A stretch of DNA of 64,000 nucleotides from Halieaceae bacterium. GTDB lineage: Bacteria; Pseudomonadota; Gammaproteobacteria; Pseudomonadales; Halieaceae. This document shows, in pieces, positions 28,682 to 42,300 of the stretch. The position numbers and the translations under genes were made by a program. A model generated the notes under the pieces. It had not been told where the DNA came from, made no database searches, and saw only the letters and a program-made list of their open reading frames with translations. The stretch's first letter is position 1. Each line of letters opens with the position of its first letter. The stretch covers positions 33,170 to 97,169 of the forward strand of contig JBDVXK010000010.1 of the NCBI GenBank assembly GCA_039964455.1. Direction: 5' to 3'.

Positions 28682-29932
28682 ATGGCCTCCGACTTTAAAG
28701 AAGCAGCCCTGGCCTATCACGCGGAGCCGGTGCCCGGAAAGATTTCCGTGGAGCTGAGCAAGCCCGCTGAAACCCAGAATGACCTGGCGCTGGCGTATAG
28801 CCCGGGGGTGGCTGAACCCTGCCGTGCAATTGCGGCGGACCCTGCGGCGGCCTATCGCTTCACTGGCAAGGGCAACCTGGTTGCAGTGATCAGCAACGGT
28901 ACGGCGGTGCTTGGGCTGGGTAATCTCGGGCCTTTGGCCAGTAAGCCGGTGATGGAGGGCAAGGCGCTGTTGTTTAAGCGCTTCGCCGGTATCAATTCGA
29001 TCGATATAGAAGTGGATACCGAGAATGCAGATGAATTTGTAGATACTGTTGCGCGCATCGCGGATACCTTTGGTGGCATTAACCTCGAAGATATCAAGGC
29101 GCCAGAGTGTTTTGAGATCGAAGCGGCCCTGTCAGAGCGCTGCCAGATTCCGATTTTTCACGATGACCAACACGGCACAGCCATCGTCACGGCGGCGGGG
29201 ATGCTCAGCGCGTTGGAGATTCAGGGCAAGCGTATTGAAGATGCTGTAATCACCTGTCTTGGGGCAGGGGCTGCGGCGATCGCCTGCATGCGATTATTGG
29301 TTGAATTGGGTGCAAGGCGCGAAAATATTTTTATGCTGGATCGCCGCGGTGTGATTTACGCCGGCCGCGAGGGCGTTAATGCCTACAAGGAAGAGTTCGC
29401 CAATCATACTGACAAACGCAGCCTTAGCGATGCGGTCAATGGCGCTGACGTTTTTGTAGGGCTATCGGGCGCCAACCTCCTCAGCGCCGAAATGCTGTTA
29501 ACCATGGCTGATCGTCCTATCGTATTCGCCTGCTCCAACCCTGACCCGGAGATCAGCCCCGAACTCGCCAAAGCGACGAGAGACGATGTCATAATCGCGA
29601 CAGGCCGTTCTGATTACGCCAATCAGGTTAATAACGTATTGGGGTTTCCCTTCATCTTCCGCGGTGCCCTGGATGTGCGCGCGAGCACGATTAATGAGGC
29701 TATGAAGGTCGCTGCGGTGAAGGCGCTAAGCGCGCTGGCCCGGGAGCCGGTGCCGAATGAAGTTCTGGTTGCCTGTGGTGTCGACTCGCTGACCTTCGGT
29801 TCGGAGTACATTATTCCAAAGCCTATGGATCCAAGATTGCTGACTCGCCTGGCGCCGGCAGTAGCGCAGGCGGCCATCGATAGCGGTGTTGCCCGCATAG
29901 ACTTACCGAAAGACTATGCCCCGGCGGCCTGA
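28682..29932 (+). CDS. NAD(P)-dependent malic enzyme (short form, no PTA-like domain)
   Basis: 416-aa ORF with YSPGVAEPC, VISNGTAVLGLGNLG, GINLEDIKAPECF and FHDDQHGTA motifs. Confidence 0.9.
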   Translation: MASDFKEAALAYHAEPVPGKISVELSKPAETQNDLALAYSPGVAEPCRAIAADPAAAYRFTGKGNLVAVISNGTAVLGLGNLGPLASKPVMEGKALLFKRFAGINSIDIEVDTENADEFVDTVARIADTFGGINLEDIKAPECFEIEAALSERCQIPIFHDDQHGTAIVTAAGMLSALEIQGKRIEDAVITCLGAGAAAIACMRLLVELGARRENIFMLDRRGVIYAGREGVNAYKEEFANHTDKRSLSDAVNGADVFVGLSGANLLSAEMLLTMADRPIVFACSNPDPEISPELAKATRDDVIIATGRSDYANQVNNVLGFPFIFRGALDVRASTINEAMKVAAVKALSALAREPVPNEVLVACGVDSLTFGSEYIIPKPMDPRLLTRLAPAVAQAAIDSGVARIDLPKDYAPAA

Positions 29933-29948
29933 CGCAACTGTTTAAGCG

Positions 29949-32387
29949 CTAGAAAATATCCCTGACCAGATCGTCCGTACCATTGGTAACGGTGCCTGAT
30001 TGGGCATCATCGCCGCCCTGATCGGGCACGTGCTCTTCTCTGAAATACTCGAATATGGCATTGCGCTGCCCCGGTGCAGCCAGCAGGCCGGTGTCCGGGT
30101 CAATTTTCACATGTACGATACCTGGCGGCAGTTCAGGTTCCTGCTCTACGCTGTCCTGCAATGCGGCCCGCATGAATTCTATCCAGATCGGTAGAGCTGC
30201 TGTACCACCAAACTCCTTTTTGCCCAGCGGCGTGTAATTGTCGAAGCCCACCCAGGTGGTGGTGACCACGTCTCGGTTATACCCCGAGAACCAGGCATCC
30301 ATTGGGCCATTGGTGGTACCGGTTTTTCCGGCCAGGTCGCCTCGTTCCAGCACCAGCGCCCGGCGCCCCGTACCGCGGGTAATAACGTCCCGCAGGATGC
30401 TGTCGATGATAAAGTTGACCCGCTCGTCCATGATCCGTTGGGCCCTGGGGAGGTCGGAGGCGCTGGCCTCGGACTTCGCCAGGATCTCCTCCATGCTCAT
30501 CTCGGTTTCGACCGCTGGTGCCAGCAGGTCGCAGTCGCGACAAACTGTATCTGGCCGGGCCTCAAAAACGGTGTCACCATCGATGTCATCGATACGTTTG
30601 ATCAGATAGGGTTCAACCGCGTAACCGCCGTTGGCGAGCATGGCGTAGCCTGTGGCCAGCTCAAGCGGGCTCATGGCGTGGGTTCCCAGTGCCAGCGACA
30701 GGTCGGGTGCGAACTCTGCAGTATTGAAGCCAAAGCGGTCGGCGTAGCTGATCAGGTTGGGTATCCCCAATTGCTGCAGCAGGCGTATGGATACGAGGTT
30801 GCGTGACTTGGTCAGGGCCCAGCGCAGCCTGGTAGGTCCGTGGAATTTGCCGCCGTCGTTTTCCGGACGCCAGATGTCTTCCAGTGAGGTGTCTTCCATG
30901 ACTACAGGTGCATCATTGATGAGGCTGGCGGCTGTGAAGCCGTGGTTCAGGGCCGCGCTGTAAACAAAGGGCTTAAAGTTAGAGCCCGGCTGCCGCTGGG
31001 CCTGGGTGGCACGATTGAATTTGCTCAATTCAAAGCCCATGCCGCCAACAATCGCGTTTATGGCGCCATCATCCGGGTTCAGTGAGACCAGTGCCGCCTG
31101 GGCCGCGGGTACCTGCGATAAGTGCCAGTCGCCATCATCTTCTACGATGACTCTGACCATATCGCCCACCGCGACCACATCGGCAGGGGCGCTGGGCCTG
31201 CGCCCACGTGAGTTTTCGGTGAGATAGCGGCTCGCCTGCTTGAGCCCGTTTTCCCACCACAGTTCATGGCTACTGCCGTCCAGCAGAATGAAGTCTACCT
31301 TGTCCTCGGCGACTGCCGTCACGATGGCAGGTGTCAATCCGGCGATAACCGGCATCTCGCCCAGCGCTTCGAGCCATAATTCAATCGGTAGTGATTCGCT
31401 ATCTGGGTCTGCCGGGGGCAGCTGGCGCTCCGGACCGCGAAAGCCGTGGCGCTTATCGTAGGTGAGTAAGCCCTCGATCACAGCGCCCTGAGCCAGCTGC
31501 TGCAGACTGCTGCTGATGGTGGTGTATACATGGAAGCCGTCGTTATAGGCGGCCATACCGTAGCGGTTTAGCATTTCCTGACGGGCCATTTCGGCGGCGT
31601 AGTGGGCGGCAAAGCTCAGTTGTGCCCCGTGATGGCGAGCGGTGATCGGAGTCTCGCTGGCGCTGGCAAACTGCGCCTGATCGATATAGCCAAGGTTCAG
31701 CATTCGGCCAAGAATCCAATTTCGGCGCTGTTCACCGGCGCTGGGCCCGCTGATGGGGTTGTTACGTGAGGGCGCTTTCGGGATACCAGCCAACATGGCG
31801 TGCTGGGCGAGGCTCAGTTCCCCGATACCTTTGCCATAGTAGACACGGGCAGCGGCTTCAAAACCGTAGGCCCTATGCCCCAGAAACACCCGGTTGAAGT
31901 ACAGTTCAAAAATTTCCTGCTTATCCAGAGCTCTCTCGATCTCAATGGCCAGCAGAATTTCGTTGAATTTACGCATGAAGGTCCGTTCCAGCGACAGGAA
32001 GTAGTTCCTGGCGACCTGCATGGTCAGCGTGCTGCCGCCGGAGCCTTTTTGCCCGGTCAGCACCAGTTCAGATACCGCTCTGGCAAGACCCATGACGTCT
32101 ATGCCGTTGTGCTGGAAAAAACTGTCATCTTCCGCAGCCAACAGCGCATTGATGAATTGATCGGGTATTTCGTCGAAAGGCAGTGGGGTGCGCTTCTGCT
32201 CACCGAACTGGCCAATCAGGTCGCCTTCCCGCGTGTAGACACGCATAGGCGTCTGCAATCGAACGTCGCGCAGGGTCTCAACATCCGGCAGGCCTGGGCT
32301 GAGATAGAGGTAAACGCCTGCCAGCCCCCACAGCCCACCGAAAAAACCGAGTAGCGTCAGGCGCAATAGAAATCTAAGGAGCTTCAT
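29949..32387 (-). CDS. mrcA: Penicillin-binding protein 1A (bifunctional glycosyltransferase/transpeptidase)
   Basis: 812-aa ORF with an N-terminal TM helix, GT51 motif EDDSFFQHNG and transpeptidase motif SNFKP. It is divergent from pilM, as ponA is in pseudomonads. Confidence 0.9.
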   Translation of the reverse strand: MKLLRFLLRLTLLGFFGGLWGLAGVYLYLSPGLPDVETLRDVRLQTPMRVYTREGDLIGQFGEQKRTPLPFDEIPDQFINALLAAEDDSFFQHNGIDVMGLARAVSELVLTGQKGSGGSTLTMQVARNYFLSLERTFMRKFNEILLAIEIERALDKQEIFELYFNRVFLGHRAYGFEAAARVYYGKGIGELSLAQHAMLAGIPKAPSRNNPISGPSAGEQRRNWILGRMLNLGYIDQAQFASASETPITARHHGAQLSFAAHYAAEMARQEMLNRYGMAAYNDGFHVYTTISSSLQQLAQGAVIEGLLTYDKRHGFRGPERQLPPADPDSESLPIELWLEALGEMPVIAGLTPAIVTAVAEDKVDFILLDGSSHELWWENGLKQASRYLTENSRGRRPSAPADVVAVGDMVRVIVEDDGDWHLSQVPAAQAALVSLNPDDGAINAIVGGMGFELSKFNRATQAQRQPGSNFKPFVYSAALNHGFTAASLINDAPVVMEDTSLEDIWRPENDGGKFHGPTRLRWALTKSRNLVSIRLLQQLGIPNLISYADRFGFNTAEFAPDLSLALGTHAMSPLELATGYAMLANGGYAVEPYLIKRIDDIDGDTVFEARPDTVCRDCDLLAPAVETEMSMEEILAKSEASASDLPRAQRIMDERVNFIIDSILRDVITRGTGRRALVLERGDLAGKTGTTNGPMDAWFSGYNRDVVTTTWVGFDNYTPLGKKEFGGTAALPIWIEFMRAALQDSVEQEPELPPGIVHVKIDPDTGLLAAPGQRNAIFEYFREEHVPDQGGDDAQSGTVTNGTDDLVRDIF

Positions 32388-32553
32388 TTATACCTTTACA
32401 AAACAGTGGCTTGTATTACCTTTAATATGAGTAGGGCGCAGGCCTTTGGTAATTATAACTTTTTTTGGGTTTTTGATTGCAATGGAGCCTATGTTATATC
32501 TTAATATTAATGTATCGGTGTATAAAAAAAAGCTAAGTTAGTGATACATATAG

Positions 32554-33626
<1,073 letters not shown>

Positions 33627-33627
<1 letters not shown>

Positions 33628-34190
33628 TGGCACAGATTAACCTACTACCGTGGCGTGATGAGCGCAGGCAGGAGCAGCGCAAAGAGTTTCTGACGGTATT
33701 GGCATTGGTATTGGCGCTAGGCGTTGGACTGGTATTGCTTGCCGACCGCGTGGTCAATGGACAGATTGATTACCAGAAGTCGCGCAACAATTACCTGACC
33801 GAGAATATCAAGGAACTGGATAAGATGGTTGACGAGATCAAGGATTTGCAGCGCAAGCGCAACCAGTTGATCGATCGTATGCGGGTTATTCAGGAATTGC
33901 AGGGCAACCGGCCGATTATTGTGCGGGTGCTTGATCAGATTGTCAGGACGGTGCCGGATGGGGTCTTCTATACCAACCTTGGCGCCAAGGGGAATAAAAT
34001 TACTATTTCCGGTATCGCCGAATCCAATAACAGGGTGTCTAGCCTGATGCGTCGACTGGATGCGTCTGACTGGCTGGAAAACCCCAACCTGACGGGTGTT
34101 ACCGCCGCAACCCAATACGGTGATCAGGCCAATAAGTTCAACCTGACAGTGAACGTGCAACTGCCCAAGAAAGAAGAGGGGGCTCGCTGA
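33627..34190 (+). CDS. pilN: Type IV pilus assembly protein PilN
   Basis: 187-aa ORF beginning MAQINLLPWRDERR, with one TM helix. Its ATG overlaps the pilM stop (TGATG). Confidence 0.9.
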
Positions 34191-34191
34191 T

Positions 34192-34803
34192 ATGGCTATG
34201 GAAGATACCCTACGCTCCCTGCGTGAGTTTGATATCAATGATCTGGACTTCGATAACATCGGCAATTGGCCGGGTCCGGTCAAACTGATTCTCTGTTTAT
34301 TGATCCTGATCGGTGTAACGGTTGGCGGTTATTACTATCATGTCGAAGAGCTGCAACTACAGCTGGCAAAGGTAGAGGCGCAGGAAGTCGAGCTGAAAAA
34401 AGATTTTGAGAAGAAGGCTTTTCAGGCTGCCAATCTTGAGGCCTACAGGCTGCAGATGGTTGAGATGGAGGAATCCTTCGGAGCGTTGGTTAGCCAGTTG
34501 CCCAGTGACACCGAGGTGCCAGGGCTGTTGGAGGACATCACCAACAAGGGGTTGTTGAATGGACTTGAAATTAACAGCATCAAGCTCAACAAAGAGCAGG
34601 CCAGGGAATTCTATGTAGAGCTGCCTATTGCGATTCGCGCGGTGGGCTCCTACCACGATCTCGGGGCATTTATCAGCGGCATGGCGGGCTTGCCGCGTAT
34701 CGTAACCCTGCATGATTTCGGAATATCGGTGAAGGGTGGTGATACCAACAAGCTGAATATGTCGATTACCGCCAAGACGTATCGCTACAAGGATGGGGCC
34801 TGA
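34192..34803 (+). CDS. pilO: Type IV pilus assembly protein PilO
   Basis: 203-aa ORF with one TM helix, a coiled coil, and the conserved position in the operon. Confidence 0.85.
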   Translation: MAMEDTLRSLREFDINDLDFDNIGNWPGPVKLILCLLILIGVTVGGYYYHVEELQLQLAKVEAQEVELKKDFEKKAFQAANLEAYRLQMVEMEESFGALVSQLPSDTEVPGLLEDITNKGLLNGLEINSIKLNKEQAREFYVELPIAIRAVGSYHDLGAFISGMAGLPRIVTLHDFGISVKGGDTNKLNMSITAKTYRYKDGA

Positions 34804-34806
34804 TAG

Positions 34807-35340
34807 ATGACCAGGAAATTTCGCCTGACGCTATTGATAGCAGCCATTGCTTCTGTAACTGCGGGCTGTGGCGGCCGCGATTTTGCGGACCTTGATGCAT
34901 TCATGGCAGAGAAGCGGGCACGTCCCGGCGGCATCATTGCGCCCATACCAACGTTCAAGGCTTATGAAGCCTTTGCCTACAGTGCGACTACGCTGCGTAG
35001 CCCCTTTGACCGTCCCATCGAGGTGCGGGAGATAACACAGTTACAGGCGATCAGCACGATCAAGCCGGATAATGATCGCGCCAAGGAATTCCTGGAACAG
35101 TTTACCTTTGATTCCCTGAGTATGGTGGGGTCATTGGAGCGCGGGGGTGATGAGTGGACCCTGGTTCGCGATCCCGAGGGCGGGGTGCACCGTGTCTCAG
35201 TGGGCAATTTCCTGGGGCGCAATCACGGTAAGGTTGTGGAGATGACAGACAGTTACATCGCAGTGGTGGAAATTGTCAGTGACGGCACCGAAGAAGGCTG
35301 GGTCGAGCGGCCACGAACAATAGAATTAAGCGGCATTTAA
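34807..35340 (+). CDS. pilP: Type IV pilus assembly lipoprotein PilP
   Basis: 177-aa ORF with a lipobox (LLIAAIASVTAGC) and the conserved position before pilQ. Confidence 0.85.
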   Translation: MTRKFRLTLLIAAIASVTAGCGGRDFADLDAFMAEKRARPGGIIAPIPTFKAYEAFAYSATTLRSPFDRPIEVREITQLQAISTIKPDNDRAKEFLEQFTFDSLSMVGSLERGGDEWTLVRDPEGGVHRVSVGNFLGRNHGKVVEMTDSYIAVVEIVSDGTEEGWVERPRTIELSGI

Positions 35341-35350
35341 GCCGTAGAGA

Positions 35351-37525
35351 ATGGTGATAGCCATGTCGAAAATAAAGTTGAATCTGGGGGCCAAGGGCGT
35401 GAGTAAGGGAATGCGTAGATCGATGCGAGAGCCGATACAGTGGATGTTGGGTGGCCTGATTTTGCTGTTGGGGACAGCAGTACAGGCTGCACCGGCGGTA
35501 ACCGATATTGAGTTCAGCTCTCGCCCGGGCAGCAAGTTTGAGATTCGCCTCGACTTTAATGAGGCACCGCCTGCCGACCTGAAGTCTTACACTATCGAGA
35601 AGCCTGCCAGAATTGCTATCGATTTCCCTGATACAACCAGCCAGCTTGAGCAAAAGCGATACTCATTACCGTACGGCAACGCGTCAGGCGTCGTTGTACT
35701 GCAGTCCGGCGACCGAACCCGGCTTGTCGTTAATCTGGTCAAGCTGGTGCCCTATCAAACCCGTGTCGATGGCAATAGTCTGTACCTGGTAGTGGGTCAA
35801 GATGGAGGTAATGAATACGTTAAGCAGACCGCAGATCCTAACCGGCTGGCGACAAAGGTTGAGGAAGTCGTAGACGCGCGCTCTGAAATAACCGACCTGC
35901 AATTCCAGCGTCAGGGCGGTGGAGAAGGTCGCCTGACACTGCAACTCACCGACCCGTCTGTCGATGTCAACGTCTTCAGTGAGCGCGGCAATGTCACTGT
36001 TGAGTTCCTTGATACCTCTGTGCCAGAACGGCTGATGCGACGTTATGACGTAACAGACTTTGCGACCCCCGTAGATTCTGTTGATGTGAATACGACTGAG
36101 CGTGGTAGCACCTTGACGCTTAAGACGACAGGGGAATTCGATTACCTCGCTTATCAAACTGACACAGAGTACGTATTGAGCGTTAAGCCGCTGAGCAAGA
36201 AGGAAGCGGCGGCACGCCTGGATGAGTTCTCCTACGTTGGCGAACGTATTTCGCTGAATTTTCAGGACATCGAAGTTCGAGCAGTGCTGCAGTTGATCGC
36301 AGATTTTACCGAGATGAACCTGGTGGCCAGTGACACGGTATCCGGTCGTATCACCTTGCGCTTGCAGAATGTGCCCTGGGATCAGGCATTGGAGCTGGTA
36401 CTCAAGACCAAAGGTCTGGACAAGCGCCAGGTGGGTAACGTGTTGATGGTAGCGCCTGCCGCCGAGATCGCTGAACGTGAGCGGCAGGAAATTGAAGCAA
36501 ACAAACAAATCGCCGAGTTGGCACCGCTGCAGTCTGAGTTTATTCGCATTCGCTACGCCACTGCCTCAGAGGTCGTTGCTTTGTTCCAAGCCGGTTCGGA
36601 AGAGGGCGGCAGCCTGATTTCGTCACGAGGCGCCGTGGTCGTGGATCCCCGAACGAACTCTATCATCGTCACGGACACAGCTGTGAAGCTGGCGGAGATT
36701 CGAGACTTGATTGATCTGGTCGATATCCCGATTCGACAGGTAATGATTGAGGCGAGAATCGTGATCGCCCAGTCGGACCTTGAAAAAGAGTTGGGCATCC
36801 AGTGGGGTGGCGGTTATATCAACAACGACCTGAACAGTAATGTACTGTCGGCCTCGGGTGACACTGCCAACGTTGTTGGCCTGAATGAATCGGTCATCAA
36901 TGGAACAACGCCAAGCCTGTCCTACCCTGGCGCTTTGCTGGTCGATCTGGGCGTAAGTGGTGCAGCCGGTGGCTTCGCTCTTGGCTTCACTTCAGAAGAC
37001 CTTTTCCTTACAGCTGAACTTTCCGCGCTCGAAGCGGCAGGCGATGGTGAGGTTGTCTCTCAGCCTAAAGTAATTACTGGTGACAAACAGCAGGCAACTA
37101 TCAAGTCAGGTACGGAAGTACCCTACCAGGAGGGTTCGCTAAGCGGCCAGAACACCACATCGTTCAAAGAGGCGGTGTTGGAGCTGGACGTTACGCCGAA
37201 TATCACTCCGGATGATCGTATCATCCTTGACCTGACGGTTACCCAGGACTCGGTAGGCGATCTGGTGCCCAGTGGTCAGGGTGGCTTTATTCCATCAATC
37301 GATACCACAGAGTTAACCACTCAGGTGCTCGTGGGTAACGGTGAGACAGTAGTTTTGGGCGGAGTATTCCGGACTGAAGACATCAGCTCGGTAACCAAGG
37401 TACCGTTCTTTGGCGATATCCCCTATGTGGGGGCGCTGTTCAAGAACAACTCTACGTCGAAAACCAAGACCGAAACTCTCATCTTCATCACGCCGCGGAT
37501 CCTTGCTGATACGCTGCTCGACTAG
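35351..37525 (+). CDS. pilQ: Type IV pilus secretin PilQ
   Basis: 724-aa ORF with AMIN-like N-terminal repeats and a secretin C-terminus ([16 protein letters not shown]...[10 protein letters not shown]). ATG 35363 is an alternative start. Confidence 0.9.
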   Translation: MVIAMSKIKLNLGAKGVSKGMRRSMREPIQWMLGGLILLLGTAVQAAPAVTDIEFSSRPGSKFEIRLDFNEAPPADLKSYTIEKPARIAIDFPDTTSQLEQKRYSLPYGNASGVVVLQSGDRTRLVVNLVKLVPYQTRVDGNSLYLVVGQDGGNEYVKQTADPNRLATKVEEVVDARSEITDLQFQRQGGGEGRLTLQLTDPSVDVNVFSERGNVTVEFLDTSVPERLMRRYDVTDFATPVDSVDVNTTERGSTLTLKTTGEFDYLAYQTDTEYVLSVKPLSKKEAAARLDEFSYVGERISLNFQDIEVRAVLQLIADFTEMNLVASDTVSGRITLRLQNVPWDQALELVLKTKGLDKRQVGNVLMVAPAAEIAERERQEIEANKQIAELAPLQSEFIRIRYATASEVVALFQAGSEEGGSLISSRGAVVVDPRTNSIIVTDTAVKLAEIRDLIDLVDIPIRQVMIEARIVIAQSDLEKELGIQWGGGYINNDLNSNVLSASGDTANVVGLNESVINGTTPSLSYPGALLVDLGVSGAAGGFALGFTSEDLFLTAELSALEAAGDGEVVSQPKVITGDKQQATIKSGTEVPYQEGSLSGQNTTSFKEAVLELDVTPNITPDDRIILDLTVTQDSVGDLVPSGQGGFIPSIDTTELTTQVLVGNGETVVLGGVFRTEDISSVTKVPFFGDIPYVGALFKNNSTSKTKTETLIFITPRILADTLLD

Positions 37526-37542
37526 GGTTTTACCGCGCTGTA

Positions 37543-38055
37543 ATGCCCGCACTGCATAGAGTCTTTCTTGTTGGCCCCATGGGGGCCGGCAAGACCACCA
37601 TTGGCAAATACCTGGCTCAGCAACTGAAGCTTGAGTTTGCCGACACCGACACCGAAATCGAAAAACGCACTGGCGCCGATATTCCGTGGATCTTCGACAT
37701 GGAGGGGGAGCAAGGCTTTCGCGATCGAGAGCAGCAAGTGGTGGCGGAGTTAACGGAATGGGACAACGTGGTGCTGGCCACCGGTGGTGGCGTGGTGATA
37801 CGCCCTGAAAATCGCACGGCGTTGGCCGGGCGGGGTTTTGTGATTTACCTGCACGCCACGGTCGATGAACAGGCTAAGCGAACACGGCGCGATCGCAGGC
37901 GGCCATTGCTGCAAACAGAAGATCCCGAAGAAACCCTGAGACAGCTGATGGCAGAACGGGATCCGCTGTACCGGGAAATTGCCGATCACGTGATCAATAC
38001 CGACGGTTGCAGTCCACGCACTGTAGCGCAGCGGCTGGTAAAAGAGCTGCAATAG
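37543..38055 (+). CDS. aroK: Shikimate kinase
   Basis: 170-aa ORF with [15 protein letters not shown] and ATGGG motifs. It follows pilQ after a 17-nt gap. Confidence 0.9.
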   Translation: MPALHRVFLVGPMGAGKTTIGKYLAQQLKLEFADTDTEIEKRTGADIPWIFDMEGEQGFRDREQQVVAELTEWDNVVLATGGGVVIRPENRTALAGRGFVIYLHATVDEQAKRTRRDRRRPLLQTEDPEETLRQLMAERDPLYREIADHVINTDGCSPRTVAQRLVKELQ

Positions 38056-38113
38056 CGACAGCGGCTGGCTCGGCCGGTATCATATCCAGTCCATCCGTAA
38101 TCGAGGACTGACC

Positions 38114-39196
38114 GTGTCCGTTGTCATGCACACCCTCCACGTCGACCTGGACGAGAGAAGTTACCCGGTTTATATCGGTCGAGACCTGTTTGACGACACC
38201 TCTTTGCTGGGCAGGCACATCAACGGTGCCCAGGTGGTGTTGGTCAGCAACGATACGGTTGCGCCCATTTATCTGGATCGCGTGCGTGCTGCCATCGGTG
38301 AGCGTCAGCTGATTACCGAGGTGATACTTCCCGACGGTGAGCAATTCAAGACCATAGATACCCTGACACAGATTTTCGATCAGGTGATGGCCGACCGGCA
38401 CAATCGCAGTACTACTTTTATCGCAGTTGGCGGGGGCGTTGTCGGTGACATCACCGGTTTTGCTGCGGCCTGTTATCAGCGCGGTGTGCAGTTTATACAG
38501 GTGCCCACAACGCTACTGGCGCAAGTGGATTCCTCAGTGGGGGGCAAAACGGCAGTTAACCATCCGCTGGGCAAGAATATGATAGGTGCATTCTACCAGC
38601 CGCAAGCGGTGCTGATTGACACCCAGACCCTGCATACGCTGCCACCTCGTGAACTGGCAGCGGGCCTGGCGGAAGTCGTCAAATACGGGCTCATTTGCGA
38701 TGAACCGTTCTATCGCTGGTTGCAGGCGGATATGCCCAAGCTTCTGGCGCGGGAGGAGTCAGCCCTGGCCGAAGCAATAGAGCGCAGCTGTGCGATCAAG
38801 GCCCGCGTGGTTGCAGAGGATGAACGTGAGGCGGGCCTGCGTGCCATTCTCAATCTTGGTCATACGTTTGGCCATGCCATTGAGACGGCGCAAGGCTATG
38901 GCAACTGGCTACACGGAGAAGCAGTAGCAGCGGGGATGGTATTAGCGGCAAGGCTCTCTGCCAGCCGTGGTTGGCTTGCCACCGAAGAGGTTGAGGCGCT
39001 GCAACAACTCTTGGCCAGCATGCAGTTGCCGGTGTCGCCACCCGCGGACATGGCTCCTGCGACCTTCATCGAATTGATGGGACTCGACAAGAAAGTGATT
39101 GATGGCCAGATGCGCCTGGTGCTGTTGCGTGCGCTGGGTACCGCCACCATTGTCGACGACGTCAGTGAAGACGAGCTCTTAGCGCTGCTGGGATAA
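38114..39196 (+). CDS. aroB: 3-dehydroquinate synthase
   Basis: 360-aa ORF with [26 protein letters not shown] and [12 protein letters not shown] motifs. GTG start at 38114, with an alternative ATG at 38126. Confidence 0.9.
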   Translation: MSVVMHTLHVDLDERSYPVYIGRDLFDDTSLLGRHINGAQVVLVSNDTVAPIYLDRVRAAIGERQLITEVILPDGEQFKTIDTLTQIFDQVMADRHNRSTTFIAVGGGVVGDITGFAAACYQRGVQFIQVPTTLLAQVDSSVGGKTAVNHPLGKNMIGAFYQPQAVLIDTQTLHTLPPRELAAGLAEVVKYGLICDEPFYRWLQADMPKLLAREESALAEAIERSCAIKARVVAEDEREAGLRAILNLGHTFGHAIETAQGYGNWLHGEAVAAGMVLAARLSASRGWLATEEVEALQQLLASMQLPVSPPADMAPATFIELMGLDKKVIDGQMRLVLLRALGTATIVDDVSEDELLALLG

Positions 39197-39345
39197 ACCC
39201 TTCTTGATCAAAATTTGTCCAGATGTGCCGGTTTGTTCCGTTACCCCCATCTGTGTAAAATAGCCTCCCCCTCTTGCCCGAGCGCTGTCGAGGCGCGGGG
39301 TTCGACGCAGTAACTTGTTGTTTTTTATATTTTTTTGGACACACT

Positions 39346-42300
39346 ATGAGCGCAGGCCTCTACAGACCTGAAGAGTTCCGTGACAATTGCGGCTTTGGAT
39401 TGATTGCCCACACTTCGGGCGATGCCAGTCATCGCCTGCTGCAAACGGCAATAGAATCGCTGACCTGCATGACCCACCGCGGGGGCATCGCGGCCGACGG
39501 TAAAACCGGCGACGGCTGTGGGTTGCTGATGCAAATGCCTACCAGCTTCATGCGTACTCTTGCCCAGGAATCCTTCGGCGCCGAGCCGGCCGAACATTTT
39601 GCCGTCGGGCAGATATTCCTCTCTACCGACGAAGAGAAAGCTCGGGCCTCGCGCTTGGCAATGGAACAGGTGTTCAAAGATTTAGGACTGTCTGTGCTTG
39701 GCTGGCGCTTGGTCCCCACTGACAGTTCTGTGTGCGGTGAGATTGCGCTGGACTCGCTGCCGCGTATTGAGCAGGTTTTTGTAGATGCACCGGGTATAGA
39801 CGAGGCCGACCTGACTACCCGGTTGTTCGTCGCGCGGCGCAAGGCCGAAATGGCCAATGAGTCGGACGAGGAATTTTACATCTGCAGCTTGTCTGCGCGG
39901 GTGATTGCCTACAAAGGTTTGGTAATGCCGGTAGACCTGCCGCGCTTTTATTCAGACCTCGATGACGAGCGACTGACAACAGCGATTTGCGTATTCCACC
40001 AGCGATTCTCCACCAATACCATGCCCAAGTGGCCATTGGCCCAGCCTTTCCGCCTGCTTGCTCACAATGGTGAGATTAATACTATTGAGGGCAACAGGAA
40101 TTGGGCCGAGGCAAGAACGGCGGCATTTGACACCGATAAGCTACCCAATATTCGCGATATTGCCCCGCTGGTAAACCGTACCGGTTCCGATTCATCCAGC
40201 CTGGATAATATGCTGGATGTGCTGCTGACCGGCGGTGTAGATATGGCCAGAGCCCTGCGCATGTTGATACCGCCAGCCTGGCAGAATATCGAATCGATGG
40301 ACCCTGATCTGAAGGCGTTCTACGAGTACCACTCCATGCATATGGAGCCCTGGGACGGACCTGCAGGTATTGTTCTCACCGACGGCCGCTATGCGGTTTG
40401 CCTGCTGGACCGCAACGGCCTGCGTCCTGCGCGCTGGGTGACCACCAAGGATGGCTTTATTACTCTGGCGTCCGAGGTAGGCACACACGGCTACCGCGAT
40501 GAAGATGTCATCGCCAAAGGTCGGGTCGGTCCGGGACAGATTCTTATGGTCGATACTCATACCGGTGAGCTACTGCAAACCGATGAAATCGATAATCGTC
40601 TCAAGTCGCGACACCCCTACAAGCGCTGGCTAAAGGAAAAGGCTCAGCGAATCGAAGGCACCTTCGGAGGCGAGGCCACCCCCGGTATCGAGTCGGAGGC
40701 GCTGGAAAACTACATGAAGATGTTCCAGGTCAGCTTCGAAGAGCGTGACCAGGTACTCAGGCCGCTGGCGGAAACCGGTAATGAAGCCGTAGGCTCCATG
40801 GGCGACGATACGCCAATGGCCGTTCTCTCGCGTCATCAACGATCGCTTTACGACTACTTCCGGCAAAAATTTGCGCAGGTCACCAACCCGCCTATAGATC
40901 CGCTGCGGGAAACTATCGTTATGTCGCTTGAGACTGACCTTGGTGGTGAGAAAAATGTATTTCATGAAGGGCCAGACCACGCCGACAGGGTGATTCTTAC
41001 CTCGCCCGTTTTGTCGCAGGGAAAATTTAACACCTTGCTTCAGCTCAACCGACCAGGCTTCGAGGTCAGGGACATCGATTGTACCTATGAGGCCGATAAC
41101 ACCGACCTGAAAAGTGCGCTGCAGGATCTCACCGCTCGCGCTGAAACTGCGGTACGCGAGGGCATTACTATTCTGGTGCTGTCTGACAGGGCTGTTGCCA
41201 AAGGGCGCTTACCCATTCACAGCTTGCTGGCAACCGGTGCGGTGCACCATCACCTGATTCGGGCGGGGCTGCGCTGTGATGCGAACATTGTGGTGGAATC
41301 GGCTAGCGCCCGTGATTCGCACCAAATAGCCAGTTTGCTGGGCTTCGGTGCCACCGCGGTATACCCCTACCTCGCCTACAGTGTTTTGGAAGACCTGATT
41401 CGTAGCGGTGAATTGCTGGGTGAGCCCAGTGCCTGTTTTAAAAACTATCGCAAGGGTATCAACAAGGGTCTGCTGAAAATCATGTCCAAGATGGGCATCT
41501 CGGCAGTGAGCTCCTACCGAGGTGCACAGCTGTTTGAAGCGGTGGGCCTGTCCCGCGAGGTTACTGATATAGCTTTCTGCGGTGTGGCGTCACGCATCCA
41601 GGGCAGTGGTTTCGCGGAACTTGAAGAAGAGCAGAAGAGTCTGGCACGTGACGCATGGTCACAACGCAAAACTATTCAGCAGGGAGGCCTGCTCAAGTAT
41701 GTTCATGGTCAGGAATACCACGCTTTTAACCCCGACGTGGTTACGACCCTGCAGGAGGCCGTTGCTACCGGCGATTACGCCACCTATTCCCGCTACGCCG
41801 CTTTGGTTAACGAGCGGCCTGTGGCAACCCTGCGCGACCTGCTGAAACCAGTAGAGGCGCAGAGCCCGCTGGCGCTGGAAGAAGTAGAGCCTATAGAGAA
41901 TATCCTGCGTCGCTTTGACTCTGCGGGGATGTCATTGGGAGCCCTGAGCCCGGAGGCTCACGAGGGCCTGGCTGCGGCCATGAATCGCATGGGCGCTCGC
42001 TCCAACTCCGGTGAGGGAGGTGAAGATCCCAAGCGTTTTGGTACCGAGCGCGTTTCCAAGATCAAGCAAATCGCTTCTGGTCGTTTTGGCGTGACACCGC
42101 ATTATCTCGTCAATGCCGAGGTGCTCCAGATCAAGGTAGCTCAGGGCGCCAAGCCTGGTGAAGGTGGCCAGTTGCCGGGCGGTAAGGTCAATGACCTGAT
42201 TGCCAACCTGCGCTATTCGGTACCGGGGGTAACCCTGATTTCGCCGCCGCCGCATCACGATATTTATTCTATCGAGGATTTGGCGCAGCTGATTTACGAC

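Noticed and set aside
35684-36508. 274-aa minus-strand ORF
   Set aside because: It is antisense to pilQ and is a shadow ORF.
39274-39345. Upstream extension of the gltB ORF (TTG 39274)
   Set aside because: The conserved GltB N-terminus (M...NCGFGLIAH) begins at ATG 39346. The extension ([24 protein letters not shown]) is T-rich promoter/leader DNA read in frame.
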